NCBI GenBank assembly: GCA_013239625.1
Contig: MU054187.1
Span: forward strand, 1,993,757-2,057,756
Direction of reading: 5' to 3'
Origin: Lama guanicoe
Taxonomy: Eukaryota
Length of the DNA stretch: 64,000 nt
The position numbers were made by a program, and so were the translations under genes. Positions 13,261 through 25,869 of this stretch are shown piece by piece (within the stretch, counting starts at the first letter, position 1; each line of letters starts with the position of its first letter). The notes beneath the pieces were generated by a model. That model had not been told where the DNA came from. It saw only the letters and a program-made list of their open reading frames with translations, and searched no databases.

Positions 13261-13711
13261 GTAAAAGGTGGGAACTGCGCAAAAGTAGCACAGGGGGTCA
13301 ACAAGGTTGGAGGGTGTTTTTGGTTTTTTGCTTTATTCGTTCTCCAATTGGTCACGGACTGAAAACACTTCTGTGAAAGACAATAAAGTTTCAGAAAAAT
13401 AAAATGAAGAAAACATAGGTTAAAAACAAAATTCAGCTGAGTACATTTGAAGTCTTACTGGCTTTATTTAGCAATCCTTGAATGGGCATCATGACACCCA
13501 GCAGAGGGAGGGGCTCCGAGGGGCTGCACAAAAGGACAGACTCTGTTAGCAGAGGGGGTGGGGGCAAGGAAGCACGACAGCAAGGAGCGGGCCGGGGTGG
13601 CAAAGTCACTCTCCTCCAGGGGACGCCAGGGTCCACCAGGCAGATGCCCTCCCTGGCGCTGACCAGGCACTCCTGGCTGGCTGGTTTAATTCCATTTCTG
13701 GTTTTTTAAAA

Positions 13712-14140
13712 AATGAAAATTTGCCATTTGCAGCAACATGGATGGACCTGGAGATTACTCTACTAAGTGAAGTAAGTCAGACGAGAAAGACAAGTATCAT
13801 GTGATATCACTTATACATGGAATCTAAAAAAATGACACATACGAACTTATTTACAAAACAGAAATAGACTCACAGACAGAAAACAAACTATGGTTGCCAA
13901 AGGGGAAGGTGGGGAGGGATAAATTAGGAGTTTGGTATTAACACATATACACCACTGTATATAAAATAGATAAACAACAAGTTCCCACTCACTGTACAGC
14001 ACGGGGAACTCTATTTAATATCTTACAATAACCTATAATGGAAAAGAATCTGAAAAAGAATAGATATATATGTATAACTGAATCACTTTGCTGTACACTT
14101 GAAATGTTGTAAATCAACTATACTTCAATTAAAAACTTTA
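13712..14140 (+). mobile_element. L1 3'UTR fragment
   Basis: ccatttgcagcaacatggatggacctggag...aactatacttcaattaaaa. Confidence 0.9.
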
Positions 14141-14264
14141 AAAATAGGTGTTTGGGTCTTTTTTATAATCTAATTGACCAATCAGCTGGCTGGTTAGAGA
14201 CAAGCAGACCCGAAGGTAAGAATTCAGTCAACAGTATGAAAGGCAGACATGAAACTTTTTTCTT

Positions 14265-14352
14265 TTCATTTTTTTATTACAGGCACTGGGGTTTGAATCC
14301 AGGGCCCCCTGCATGCTAAGTGTGCGCTCTACCCCTGAGCCATGCCCTCCCC
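14265..14352 (-). mobile_element. tRNA-derived SINE (Vic-1 type)
   Basis: A/B box homology to the other copies. Confidence 0.8.
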
Positions 14353-14377
14353 TGATGTAAACCTTTTCTTCGCTTCT

Positions 14378-14530
14378 AGGGCTCCTGCATCCTTGGCTCG
14401 TGGCCCCTTCCCTGCATCGCTCAGCCCCATCTCCTGCGCTTACTCTGATCCTCCTGCCTCTCTCTTGTAAGGACCTTTGTAATTACCCCGGGATGCCCCG
14501 GGATGACCTCCCTGTCTCAAGGTCCTCACC
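14378..14530 (-). mobile_element. MaLR MLT1 LTR fragment
   Basis: ccttggctcgtggccccttcc...ctcttgtaaggacctttgtaattac. Confidence 0.65.
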
Positions 14531-17500
14531 ATGAAATAACTTCACGGCAAAACCTAGGTTAACATTGGATTGAACAACCGGGATCTATAGCCGCGCTTAC
14601 ACGTAGCAGGATTACTCACATGGTCGCTGTCGGTAGCAGCACAGGGTGTGTGATGGAGGGCGGGTTACTGGGACAGCAAGTGTCTGCGGCCCGTAGACAT
14701 GGCGGTGATGACAGAGCCCGGGAGCCACACTGCATCTCCCGATGGCCACGGATACCGCGCCAGGGAGAAGTGGAAAGCGAAAAGCATGAATTCAATTGTG
14801 AACATGAGCATGAAATCTGAGAATACACTGGAGAACCAGAGAGGCCTCCACGCAGCCTTGCACGGGCCCCTCCCCGCTGAGCCGCAGAGCAGCTGTGACC
14901 ACGACAGAACTGAGCTGGAGACCGGCTGCAGTGTGAGCAGTCGTAGCACCAAGCCGACGCTCGGCCCCCAGGGCTGGCTCTGTCTGGAGGTGGGACTCTG
15001 AGTCACGGAATGGGAGCATTAAGACAGAAACACGTCAAGTTAAAAACCGATCTTCCACATGCTGATAAGCACAGTGAGTAAAACTCCCTTCTCTCTCTTC
15101 ACCCCATACTGAGAAAAGTCAGTCCTCCTCTGCACACGAGACTTTCAGCGATACACCCGCGAAAGCCGCTTTACAGGCTGGTGTCAGGTTTCTCAGGACA
15201 CCCCCTGCTGTTGCCTCCCAGGTCCTGAGTTAGATCTGCAAATATCCAGCTGGGCAGAAGCAAGGCCTGTTCCAGAAAGAGGTAACATATGCACCAAAGG
15301 GCCAGACTCACTGACACAGCCCGTGGACGTCAATGGACGTGGGTTCCCAGGACGTAAAACCAAGGACGGCGGAACAAGAGACTCAGCCTGTCTGCATTCA
15401 CCGGCACGGGTCAGTGTCGTCTGGGGTGCGGGGCGCCCTGGGTCGGTTTGAGCCCCTGTAAATGGCATGAAAGCCTGGTCAGTTGGCTCACTGAAGCTTG
15501 AACTTGGCAATGACCTGCTGTTAATGAGGTCAAAATGCCAGGACATCACGAGAACGCTGAAGAGAACGCTGAAGGCTCTGATAAATGGATGTTATATGAT
15601 TCCCCGGGCGGCAGTCTGCTAGCTGTCCCTTATGAAGGCCGTGCGGAAACTCCACTCACCAGGACAACGAGGAGCTTTCGGGCTCTGCAGGCAGTGACAC
15701 CGGTGGGGACGCTCCAATGGCATGAATTTATCTGGTTTAGCGGGAGCCGTGGGTTTCTGGGATGGCCGAGGCTGGGTGTGGTACTTAACCATCAGGGAGA
15801 AGCTGGGGAGAGTTACCAGCTCTGTGATGTCTGCGTGGCACCTGGGCTTGAGCCGGAAGGGGCGGGTTCAGTCCTTGGGAAGTGGCTTCGGACCACCTGG
15901 AGCAGCGGTCTTTGGGGACAGCCTCTGTGTCTGAAATTGCACGCCCAGCAGCCAACACTTCAAACTTCCACTCCGTCCACATCGGGCCCATTCCACCACC
16001 TCTCTTTAGTCAATGCACTTAGAACTGTGTTATTTCCATGGTCCCAGGACTCACACCACTATTGGGAATACAACAAAAATCCTTGAAATAAGAGGTCCTA
16101 GGCTCCAAGCACGACTGACAATACTGTCCAGTACCTGATTCAATAAGACAGCTATGACCAGAGGCACATATCTGGGATCTCACTCACAGAGGCTTCCAGA
16201 CACAGCAGAGATGCCACCAAGAAGCCCCAGAGAAACCCAGGTTCTGTGTAGTTTGCAAGTTACAGGAAACAGGAAGAAAGGAGGCAACGGGGTCCGTGTA
16301 GCTCTTTGGGGCCATGAATCCCACCCAGTGCATCTCCTGCACACCCCAATATATCAGAGACCGTCTCTTAAATGTCTACACCACAAACCTCTGCTCTCTG
16401 CGCTTCCCAGACACCACGCTCGCGTCTCTTCTGCACCCTGCACTCGGGTCCCTGCATGCTTTTGCCTTTTCTGGTGCTGACTTTGGCTTTGGTGTAACTC
16501 ATCCTCTCCGTCGCAGCAGATCCGTGAGTTCCACCTCCTGTCAGGTCTGCCCTGCGGACACCAGGACCCAAGCTTCCTTCTGCGTGCAATGGCACCCCCT
16601 TTGGGCTCAAGGGAGCCAGCTGGGGGCACTCAGGTTTGGGCCATGCTGTCCAGTCCAAAGAGCAAGGGACCTAGAAAAGCTGCGCCCACGTCTTCACTCT
16701 GCTGCGTGCTACACGCACACACTCGGGGGAGCTCCGGGAAACCTCTGCGCTTCAGGCCCCTGTCTCTAAAACAGGCTGAACACCGATGATCTGTCTCTGC
16801 CTCGTCATTTAACCTCCTAAGAATTAAATAAGACCGTCTGAGAAACTGCGCCATCTAATCCTTCTCACATAGCACACATTCAAAACTGAGTTGTTACCGT
16901 GTTTCCCTCTCAGACACCTGAAATAGTTTCCATGAGAACACGGTTCAGAACGCCTTTAATTTATTGGTATTTTCATATTTAAAGTCATTCCACAAATGCT
17001 TTGAGGCTGATGAACAAAAATTCTTTGGGAGCTGCTATTTTAATAATAATGACATGACTCCGAATGATGATGGAGGCCGAGTCTAATTCTCTACAGCAAA
17101 GCAAGTACTTTCCGTGAATCACCAAGGGCTCTCCTGCCACTGGTGATAAATCAGGGTGCGGCGGAATTAGCAAAATAAAGAGAACTCAACTTCCTTCTCC
17201 TTGCCGCTGTTACAGCCTGTCTTCTTGGCTTTGAACTCAAGCAAAGGGATTAAAGAGACGTCCAATATTTCACAGAAGTGAGAGGCTGCGACGGACTGTT
17301 GGAAACTGGAACCACGAGGGGACAGAACAGCCAGTGAAGAGCAGATTTACTTCCCAAGGAAAGCTCACTCTGATGCCAACGCACGATCCAATCTGGGCGA
17401 GTTAGTTCCGCCGTATTAAGAATGTTGACTTTCGAACGGACAGACGTGGAAACTGGGCATTTTAAAAGCTGGATCTCACCAGTGGCAGTGTTCTCGGGGG

Positions 17501-18249
17501 AAGTTCCACAGATTCTTGCTGTCACGGTCCCAGGACCTTGGGTGCCTGGCCTCCTCAAGGCCAAGGTTTGAATCCATGACTTACCCTCGTATGTTTCCAT
17601 CAACAGTCTCTTTTTGCCTAGTCTAAAACTGGCTGTTTCTGTTATTTGGAAACTAGGTAATTTTTAACACATACATAAATATATTGGGTAAAAGAAACTA
17701 ACAATTATTTGAAACCATTTGCTGCAAAAATGAGAAATTGTGGGGGACTTTGTTTTGACATTCAAATCCTCTAGGGGGCAGAAAAATTCTCTGCTGAATT
17801 TTCTCAAACCAGTGGGGAAAAGAAGCAAACTGCACAACTAAGTTTCTGTTTAATTTTACGTGGGAACTAGTTCTGTTTCAGTCAACACTGAATATTCATT
17901 ACTATGTTTTTTAGAAGAAGCAGAAAGGAGTCTGAGGCTGTATGACCAGAGCCCCCGTCTCCGTGCTCACGTGTGCCTGACGGTGCGTGAGGGGCGGGCA
18001 AGGGGCTGACAGACATCACGGGCCGAGGGTTAGTGATCCGCTTGCAGACTGGATACCCAGAGTCGAGGGAGGGGGGTAGATAGCCATTCAGGACAACCTG
18101 CTGGAGCAGAACTCAGGCCCAACTTCATAAGCCAATGTGCTTTTTTTCAATTTTTAAAAAAAATTTTTTGTCTCATCCATAATCCCACCATATCCAGCAA
18201 TAGATTTTTTTAAAAGAATTTTTGAAGAGTGATTTATTTATTTGTGTAG

Positions 18250-18550
18250 GGTTTTCTTGGGGGGTGTGGTTAATTAGGTTTCTTTTCTTTTTTTAATTTT
18301 TTTAATTGAAGTACTGTCAGTTACACTGTGTCGATTTCTGGTGTGCAGCACCGTGTCCCAGTCGTGCATACACAAACATATATTCGTTTTCATGTTATTT
18401 TTCACCGTTAAGTTACTACAAGATATTGAATATCGTTCCCTGTGCTGTACGGAAGAAATCTGGGATTTTTTGTTTAATCTTTCTTTATTTTTAGAGGAGG
18501 TGCCGGGGATTGAACAGCTCAGTGCACTCTGAGCCTAACCGTCCCCTCCC
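18250..18550 (-). mobile_element. Vic-1-type SINE with a nested L1 3'-end fragment (about 18300-18460)
   Basis: On the minus strand: SINE head, A-rich linker, L1 3' tail, then the SINE tail aacctaatta..cccccc. Confidence 0.7.
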
Positions 18551-21308
18551 TGAACCCGTGCTGTGAAGCCGCTGCTCCGCACTGCGCCCTCAGAGTCACT
18601 TGCAGAGTCCCTGTATCCGTCTTTTCCTGGAAGCAGCTCTTTCACTGGCGCGTCACCTCCACGACAAGGGCAAAAGATGAAACACAGCTGTTAGGTGGGT
18701 GGGGAGGCTTCCATTGGAGAAGCCGGTTTTGCAGCCCTTTGTAAATGGTGGTGACGGCGGCCTGAGGTACCCGGACCGAGCTCGTCAACGTGGCGCAGAG
18801 GCCACCGGGGCTCTGCGTGAGTCCGCGCAGAGGTCGTCTGCGGTGTGAGGAGTCAGGGCAGAGGCCGGTTTTAGGTTGACTTTGAGCAGATAATTAAAAA
18901 ACTCAAAGGTTCCGTTAACAAGAGTCAACTACGGTTACATCGAAGGCTGGGAGCGGAATCCCGGCCCCTGGCGGTCGGTGGAGACGAGGGTGTTAGCCGT
19001 GGAGGCGGGGCGGGGAGCGGGCCTGGGCCCCACGGACCCGGCAGGAGTTCACAGCAACGTCTGAGGGTTGAGACGGGAAAAGCCTGACCCATTAGCTGAC
19101 CTGTTTCTCTGGGAGGCAGGACCGGTCCTCATCCCACACTGACCAGAGGATGGAGGCACCGAGCCCGGGACCCCCCAGGGCTGTACAACTGCAACAACTT
19201 ACCGAGTCCAAAACTTACCCAAAAAATGCAAATGTGCTAACTTTTGATTTCTTCAAATGCCTGTAATGAGCCTCAGTTTTTCCCTGTTTGCTGCGGAATC
19301 CGTCCCTCCCACCTCCTCGGGAGCCCGTGCTGCTGTTCTGTGTCTCCCTCTGCTTGCTGGTGACACAGCTACTCACGATGGCTGGGAAGCCCAAGACGTT
19401 TATTTTAAACAATTATTATTTCTTTGTTTTCCTTTTTGTTTTGTGGTGGAACTGAAGGAAGCTGCAGAGACACCACCCTATTCAGACGAATTGGCCCCAT
19501 TGGAAGGTTAAACTTCCAGCCCTCCCGGGAGGGCACTAGCCCCCAACAGCCGTGACCCCTCAGAGCAGGTGTCTGTCGTCCTGCTGCTGCCCCGTCAGAC
19601 TGACAACGGAGGTGGTGAGGCCGGCAGCATCGCGCTCATCAGTCGACCACTCACTCAGGTTCCATACTGCGTCCGAGATGCAGTTGGAAGCCCTTCCCCG
19701 ACCTGGTGCAGACAGGTGTACGGGGAGTTTCTGTGCCTCCAGCTGCTCTCATTCCCCCTCCCTTCACCCACCTTCCTGCCCATTGTTGGCACAGGCTGAC
19801 GCGGCTGAGGACTGTCACTTTGTCCTAGATCAGAGGCTCCCTGGGTTCTGTGAGAGGCATGGACATATGGTTTACCCTGCCTGGGGCTACCGGCATGGAG
19901 CCTGGGAGAAATTTCCAGAAGCCGGGTATTAGCGAGAGGCCAAGCCAGAGCCAAGGTAAAACTCTGAAACTCGTCACTAAATCTCCGTAGGAACCAGAGA
20001 GGAGAGGGATCCAAGATTCTTCAAAGAGGATGAAAGGAAATTCAACTGAAGAAATCCCCAAGATAAAATGTCCATCAGACGTCAAATAACAGCAGCTTAT
20101 GAGCCAAATGAGGCTCAGAACGTTTGATTTGGCGACGTAGTGTGTTAAGTGTTTTTCTAGCTAAATACCAACATTTGGAAGTCGAGATAATTCACATGAA
20201 AAATCCACATTGCAGCTTTCCAAGAAGAATCTACAGGAAGCCTGCGCCTAACATGGCAGCACAGGCAGGGCTGGAAGCTGCCCGTCAGCCGGGCAGACAC
20301 TGTCCACTGCCCCGTGGCCCTGTGGCCCTGTGCTGGGCACCTGGTCCTGTCGGCCCTTCAGGTCCCACGTCCACGGTCACCCGGCTCTCGTGGCTTTAAC
20401 CCCGTGTCCGTCCCTGGGAGGTGGGTGACAGGAAGCAGTTGCAGGTGGACACGGAACAGACGGTCTCGTCTGCAGGGATTTGACATAAAACATCCAACAA
20501 GAACAATGCATAACTCGACAGCAACTCGCCAGCGTTTCATAAATCACTGACTGTTTTTTATTGTGAGTTAAAAGATGGTCTGTACTCTCATCGGTGGACT
20601 GCGAGATAACTGCTTGTTCCTGTGTTACGTAAAGCGCCCACTACGGGCCAGTCACTGACCTGGGCTCTAGAACACACTTCAGAACATAGCCTCTCCTCCT
20701 CCAGACCCTATGTATTGCACAGAGAGAGGTAAGAAGCAAATGTCATTATTACCTGGAGTGGGAAACGACATGAAACAAGGAAACATGGGGAAAGCCTACT
20801 TTACATCGTGCTAGATTTTCCAAGCAACTAACCTTTTTATTTAACATGTAGGGAGTGATAAGAATTGTACACTCCCCCCTCCCCAAATAAAAATCGCACA
20901 GGTTTCTTGTCTCCCAGGTGCTCTCAGGGGCTGGCTGTAGTAGCTGCGTCTTGCCTTTCAAAGCCGAGGATGCTCAAAAGAAGGAGAAATGGGAAGTCAT
21001 TATCCAGGTAACTCAGGGACTGTCTAGGCTGCCCCACTACACCCCTCAGGTGCCGGCCGGGAACAGCCAACTCAGCACAGCCTCCGCGCTCCACCTTAAC
21101 GCCGTCGGCCCCCCCGGCCGGCTGCTCGGACGCCGAGACTACCTCTGGGGCGTGCATGCGCTACTTCACTGAGAAGTGTGCGTATTTCTCCCTGTCCGTC
21201 TCATGATCACTCAGCTCCACAAGCGAGAAAATCCTAAGCCTCTGTACCCACTCCCCTCCCGACCTCTCTCTGTCAAAGTCAACACAGTGAGAAGGTGAGT
21301 GTCCAGTA

Positions 21309-21481
21309 CAGTGGACCCTTGACCAAGGTGGGGGCTTGGGGTGCTGACAGTTAACCTCCGTCTCTGAGTTCCCCGTGTCCCCAGATTCAGCCAACCGAGA
21401 CTGATCGTGTGGATGGGCAGTGCTCACTAACCCTCTGCGTGGCCCCGCGCAGGTCAAACCCACGTTGTCCAGGGTCAATTG
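21309..21481. mobile_element. Tigger2/MER8-like TcMar MITE
   Basis: Terminal inverted repeats CAGTGGACCCTTGA / CCAGGGTCAATTG flanked by TA TSDs (21307-21308, 21482-21483). Confidence 0.8.
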
Positions 21482-22349
21482 TAGTAAAATAAACATCATC
21501 TCAACTGGAGGTATCTCCAGTCAAGCTCAGAGGGTTTTAAATGTAAACATAGCATGGAACACATCTCTGAGGCTTGTTAGCCGTCTACGAGAATGTTTAA
21601 AACCTGATTTCACGGGATTCCGTCTGAAACAACTTACCTTGTTGAAGCCCCGCCAATCACACGGCTCCTTTAGGCGCCGTAAGTGTTTCAGCCAAATGTG
21701 TCTCACTACCAAGTTCTCATTTGCCACCATTCAGCGGGCTCTTCACGTTTGGAATAAATAGCACTTCAGCTCTCCAGACAGTTCTGAGTAAAAATTACCT
21801 CCTTTTTCCAAATGTTGTAAAAAGTATAAAGCTCTATAAAGGCGAGGGGGCTGAAACTATGTTATTCGTCTCACTGCTTCACTGCATGGCGTTCTTGCTG
21901 GATTTCACACACCCCCAAGTTTTTCCTTTTAAGTGGAATTATTCGTACATCGTTGCCCAGAGGCCGACACAAATGAAGCCGAAAATTGGAAATGTAGCTC
22001 ACAATATCCCTGAGGCCGAAGGGGGTTTTCGAGCTTGTTTTTCTGATGAACCAAGGAACAGGTGTGTTCACAGACACAAGCGGGCACACGCTCCGAGGGG
22101 GAGCGACGCGTCCGGACGCACGACTCCACGACGCCAGCTCGAGCGGTGGGGCGAGGCGAGAGGCCGTGGTTGCGCCTCCGCTGCGTTGTTGGGCGTCGCC
22201 TGCTCTGCCTCCCCTAAAGGGACGGGGCTTCTGTCGCTTCACTGCAGGTTTCTTCCTTTCACGTTGCTGTCCTTAAATGAAACTGATCAGACGTGCCCGA
22301 TGAGTTGTCATTTTCTAAACAGAGCCCCACGTGTTCTCCTGCACCAAGT

Positions 22350-23079
22350 TCAGCTGGACTTCTTTTTATTTAAGGCAGCAATACCACATGCTCCAAACTC
22401 AAACAGACACAAACCATCTCAGGATCCTAGCTCTCAGTTCAGAAAACGAATATTTACACACATATACACATGTAGTAATCATATCTCAACAGTGTAACCT
22501 CTGCTACAAATGCCCTTCACCCAAAGGAAAACAGCACAGATTTTTTGCATATAAGTTTTAATAAAATTCATATTTCAAATTAATGCAAATAAAGACAACT
22601 TCTGAATAAATGAATTAAATACTATTAAATTAGAATTATAAAAGTGGACTTTGTTCATGATTATTCAAAAGACCTATTATGAAAAATCATATACAAAAAC
22701 CATTTCTCTTTGGCAATCTGAGACATAATTTACACAATTAAATATATTACTCATACATATACAGAATGTTAGCCACATAAGAAAATAATATACATAGCAA
22801 AAATAAAGTAGAAGAGCATAATTTTTAATATTCTGTTTGCGACACGTGAATTAAACTTTGTTTTAAAAAAATGTCAAATTACTGGGTGCACTAAGGAAGG
22901 AGCCCGTTCTGGGGTGGAACGCAGCTCATCGGCTCACAGCTCATCGGCTGGTTCTGGGAAGTGCCTTACTTTGCTCATCTTAATACACCATAACATTAGA
23001 CGTCTCATCCCTTTTTACATTAAATACGATTCCAGGCACTTTTTTCCATTCAAATTAGATTTACATTCCTAAGAAATAT
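22350..23079 (-). other. ALKAL1: Probable non-coding terminal exon (3'UTR) of ALKAL1
   Basis: Strong acceptor ttttctttctttctcccacag|ATATTT at 23079; AT-rich downstream; minus-strand ATTAAA 22557-22562 and AATAAA 22365-22370; 3' end uncertain. Confidence 0.65.
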
Positions 23080-23172
23080 CTGTGGGAGAAAGAAAGAAAA
23101 ATGGTATTTAGGACTTGGTTTTTAATATAATTATATTTTGTTTTACTTTGCTTGAAGAATCTGTGAACTCTT

Positions 23173-23348
23173 GTATAGCACGGGGCACTGCACTCCATCT
23201 CTTGTGGTGGCTTACATTGGAAAAGAATATGAAAACGAATATATGTATATTCATGTACGATTGAAGCACTGAGCTGTACACCAGAAATTGACACAACACT
23301 GTAAACTGACTACACTTCAATAAAAAAGACACATAAAAAGAAAAAACA
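23173..23348 (+). mobile_element. 5'-truncated L1 3' end with 18-bp TSD
   Basis: TSD aagaatctgtg(a/g)actctt at 23155-23172 and 23349-23366; A-rich tail. Confidence 0.88.
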
Positions 23349-23909
23349 AAGAATCTGTGGACTCTTAATTTATAATATAACCCTGAGCATGTAGATTACT
23401 GTGTGTGGAGGGGGAGAGGGGTTAATCCATATTTTAGAAAGTTTAAAGGATGACTTTCCAATTAAAGTTTAAAAACTTCTGCATAAACCAAAAAAATGAA
23501 CTTGACATCACCTACATAACACAAAAATATTCCTAAAACGTATTAATCTGTAATATTCCAAGACCTTGTTAAGTAACTGGAAACAGATATTATCAGAAAT
23601 GACTCCTACGTTGCTCACTAAGTCTCCAAAACTCTGCAGTTTTAAAGGGACATGTTTATCAGTTCTGTCTTCTATGACTCTTGTCCCAGAAGAATATAAG
23701 TTTGCACACAATATTTTAAATTATAATACAGTACTTGTTTTTTGAGAACTTCCCCAGGTATTACGTTGTTTTGGGGACTTTATTTAAACTTACTCATTCA
23801 CATAAAATACATTAAAACAAAGAGAGAAACATGGCTTGATTTAGTTCGTTTCAAGAGCCTAATGACTTTTCTTGATTTACTCATGTTTTGCATTATTCAA
23901 AAGGTTTGA

Positions 23910-24066
23910 CATAGGGAACTATATTCAATATCTTGTAGTAACCTACAGCGAAAAAGAATATGAAAATGAATGTATGTATGTACATGTGTCACTGAAATAT
24001 GATGCTGGACATCAGAAATTGACACCACATTGTAAATTGACTAAACTTCAATAAAAAAATTTTTTT
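23910..24066 (+). mobile_element. 5'-truncated L1 3' end with TSD
   Basis: TSD aaggtttga at 23901-23909 and 24067-24075. Confidence 0.85.
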
Positions 24067-24704
24067 AAGGTTTGAGATGGACAGGTAGAGAGTAACTGAT
24101 TCTAGTATCTCGCCACTGAGCATTGAAACGATCAGCTCATTTTCTTAACCTAAAACAAGGGAAATTTTGTGGTTTCACAACTTTAAGTATGTAGAATTGA
24201 ATGCAGTTATTATTACTATCGCATAATTGCTTGTTCAATAAGAGTAAGAAGAGCGACGCCCACAACATAGGTCCGAACTGCCTCAGTGACAGTCACAACA
24301 GACCTATCGGACAGGTGAATCCCCAGGCAGCTATTCGTGGTAGATCAAGTCACACTGGCCAGATGGGGACATTCGCAGATACCTGACCACAGAGTTTCCA
24401 TGACTTTGGTCTCCACCCTCAAAAGCCGAGGAACCCTATCTTTAGAGGGACTTGTCCATGGTACTGAAGCACTGACCACACCCTCCCACCCCCCAAATAT
24501 TGTTGACTGTGTACAACACAGGAAAGAACTACCGATGAGAAAGATCTTTGCAAAGAAATGAATACCTTTCAGTCTTTTATGTAGTTTCTACTTTTGTAAA
24601 TACACGTTAGAATTTGCATTTGATTTATTTAGGTCACACAAATACTTTTCTGCCCTAGGGCTCCTAGGGCAATTTAGCCAGAAAGAAAATTCTGATTAAC
24701 CATT

Positions 24705-24836
24705 TCTCTAATTAATTAATTTATTATTTTATTATTTTTTATATTATTTATTTTTAGACGAGGTACTGGGGACTGAAACCAGGACCTTGTGCATGCTAAG
24801 CATGCGTTCTACCACTTGAGCTGTACCCTCCCCTCC
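24705..24836 (-). mobile_element. tRNA-derived SINE (Vic-1 type)
   Basis: Reverse complement matches the 42.7 kb copy. Confidence 0.88.
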
Positions 24837-24958
24837 AACTGACCACTTCACCCTGGCAAAGTGCACGGCAGAGCATGCAATGACGACGTGTTCATTATGT
24901 ATTGGATCATTTGCTTTTCCTTCCATTCTGCCAGTATTTCCTCTCTTCTCCTTCCCTA

Positions 24959-25328
24959 CGTTGAGTAAACCAAGATTTTAGGGCTCTATGTCGGCAACCC
25001 TAAGTGAGTAGGCCGTGGGAACCAGGCCAAAGGTCACAACAACTCGCCTGTGTATGAGGTAAGAAGCAGATGTACGCATGTGCTAGTGGTGTTATGTAAG
25101 GTCCTCACGAGCAAAGACATGAACAACGCGCATGTGCGGGCAGAATAGATAAAAGCATGACAAGTGCACCACGCCGCGCGTGCCATCTTGTTGTACTAGA
25201 ATAAAGTGCTGTTTCGCTCCATGTCAGCTCCTCGTGCAGTTTGTTGCGCAGTATGGCCTCTCCTCGCACATTTTTCAAGTTGGGCAGCTCCCCTCCTCGA
25301 ATCCCTCTTCAGCCCCCCTCAGCTGACA
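24959..25328 (+). mobile_element. Solo ERV LTR in ALKAL1 intron 4
   Basis: (C/T)G...CA termini flanked by direct repeat cccta(c) at 24954 and 25329; TATA-like GATAAAA 25148-25154; AATAAA 25200-25205. Confidence 0.7.
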
Positions 25329-25804
25329 CCCTACTATTATTACGTTTACTTTTATTATATCTTTGGGTTTTTTTTAAAAGTAGGTCTTTAAATAATTCTG
25401 TTTAGCCAATACATATTTACATATGATTTCTGCACAATAACATCAAATGTTGAAATATTTTTTAAAATCACACAGGTAAGGCTGCCAAAAAGGCTGTTTA
25501 TCTTACTTGATTCAAGTACCGCTGAGTACATTTTTATTAATTCAATAAACCAGTCTGTCTGGAATATTATGCTGTACACCACAAACTGACACATTGTAAC
25601 TGACTGCACTTCAATAAAAATAAATAAATAGCCTGTGCATTTAGACCAACTTTAACACTAAGTGGAAAATGCACAGATTAAATTCATTAGGTATTGCTAA
25701 AACAGCTTCCTGTCTTTTATAAATTGCTCAACATTTCTTAAGAAAGTCAAGCTGTTAAAAGAAAAATGAAAAATTAGTAAATGCATACTCACAGTGCACG
25801 TCTT

Positions 25805-25869
25805 CTACGTCTGTGAGCACAGTGGACTCGCTGCCAATCTTTTTAGCAACCGAGCACATCTTTTGTAAT
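25805..25869 (-). CDS. ALKAL1: ALKAL1 exon 4 coding part (Y/YKRCARLLKRLAASPLCSQT*)
   Basis: ccctag|AT TAC...ACG TAG; exon continues 12 nt to donor CACT|gtgagt at 25793; total CDS 345 nt = 114 aa. Confidence 0.96.

Noticed and set aside
21721..22497. 258-aa + strand ORF
   Set aside because: Non-ATG start, no recognisable homology, antisense to the ALKAL1 3' end
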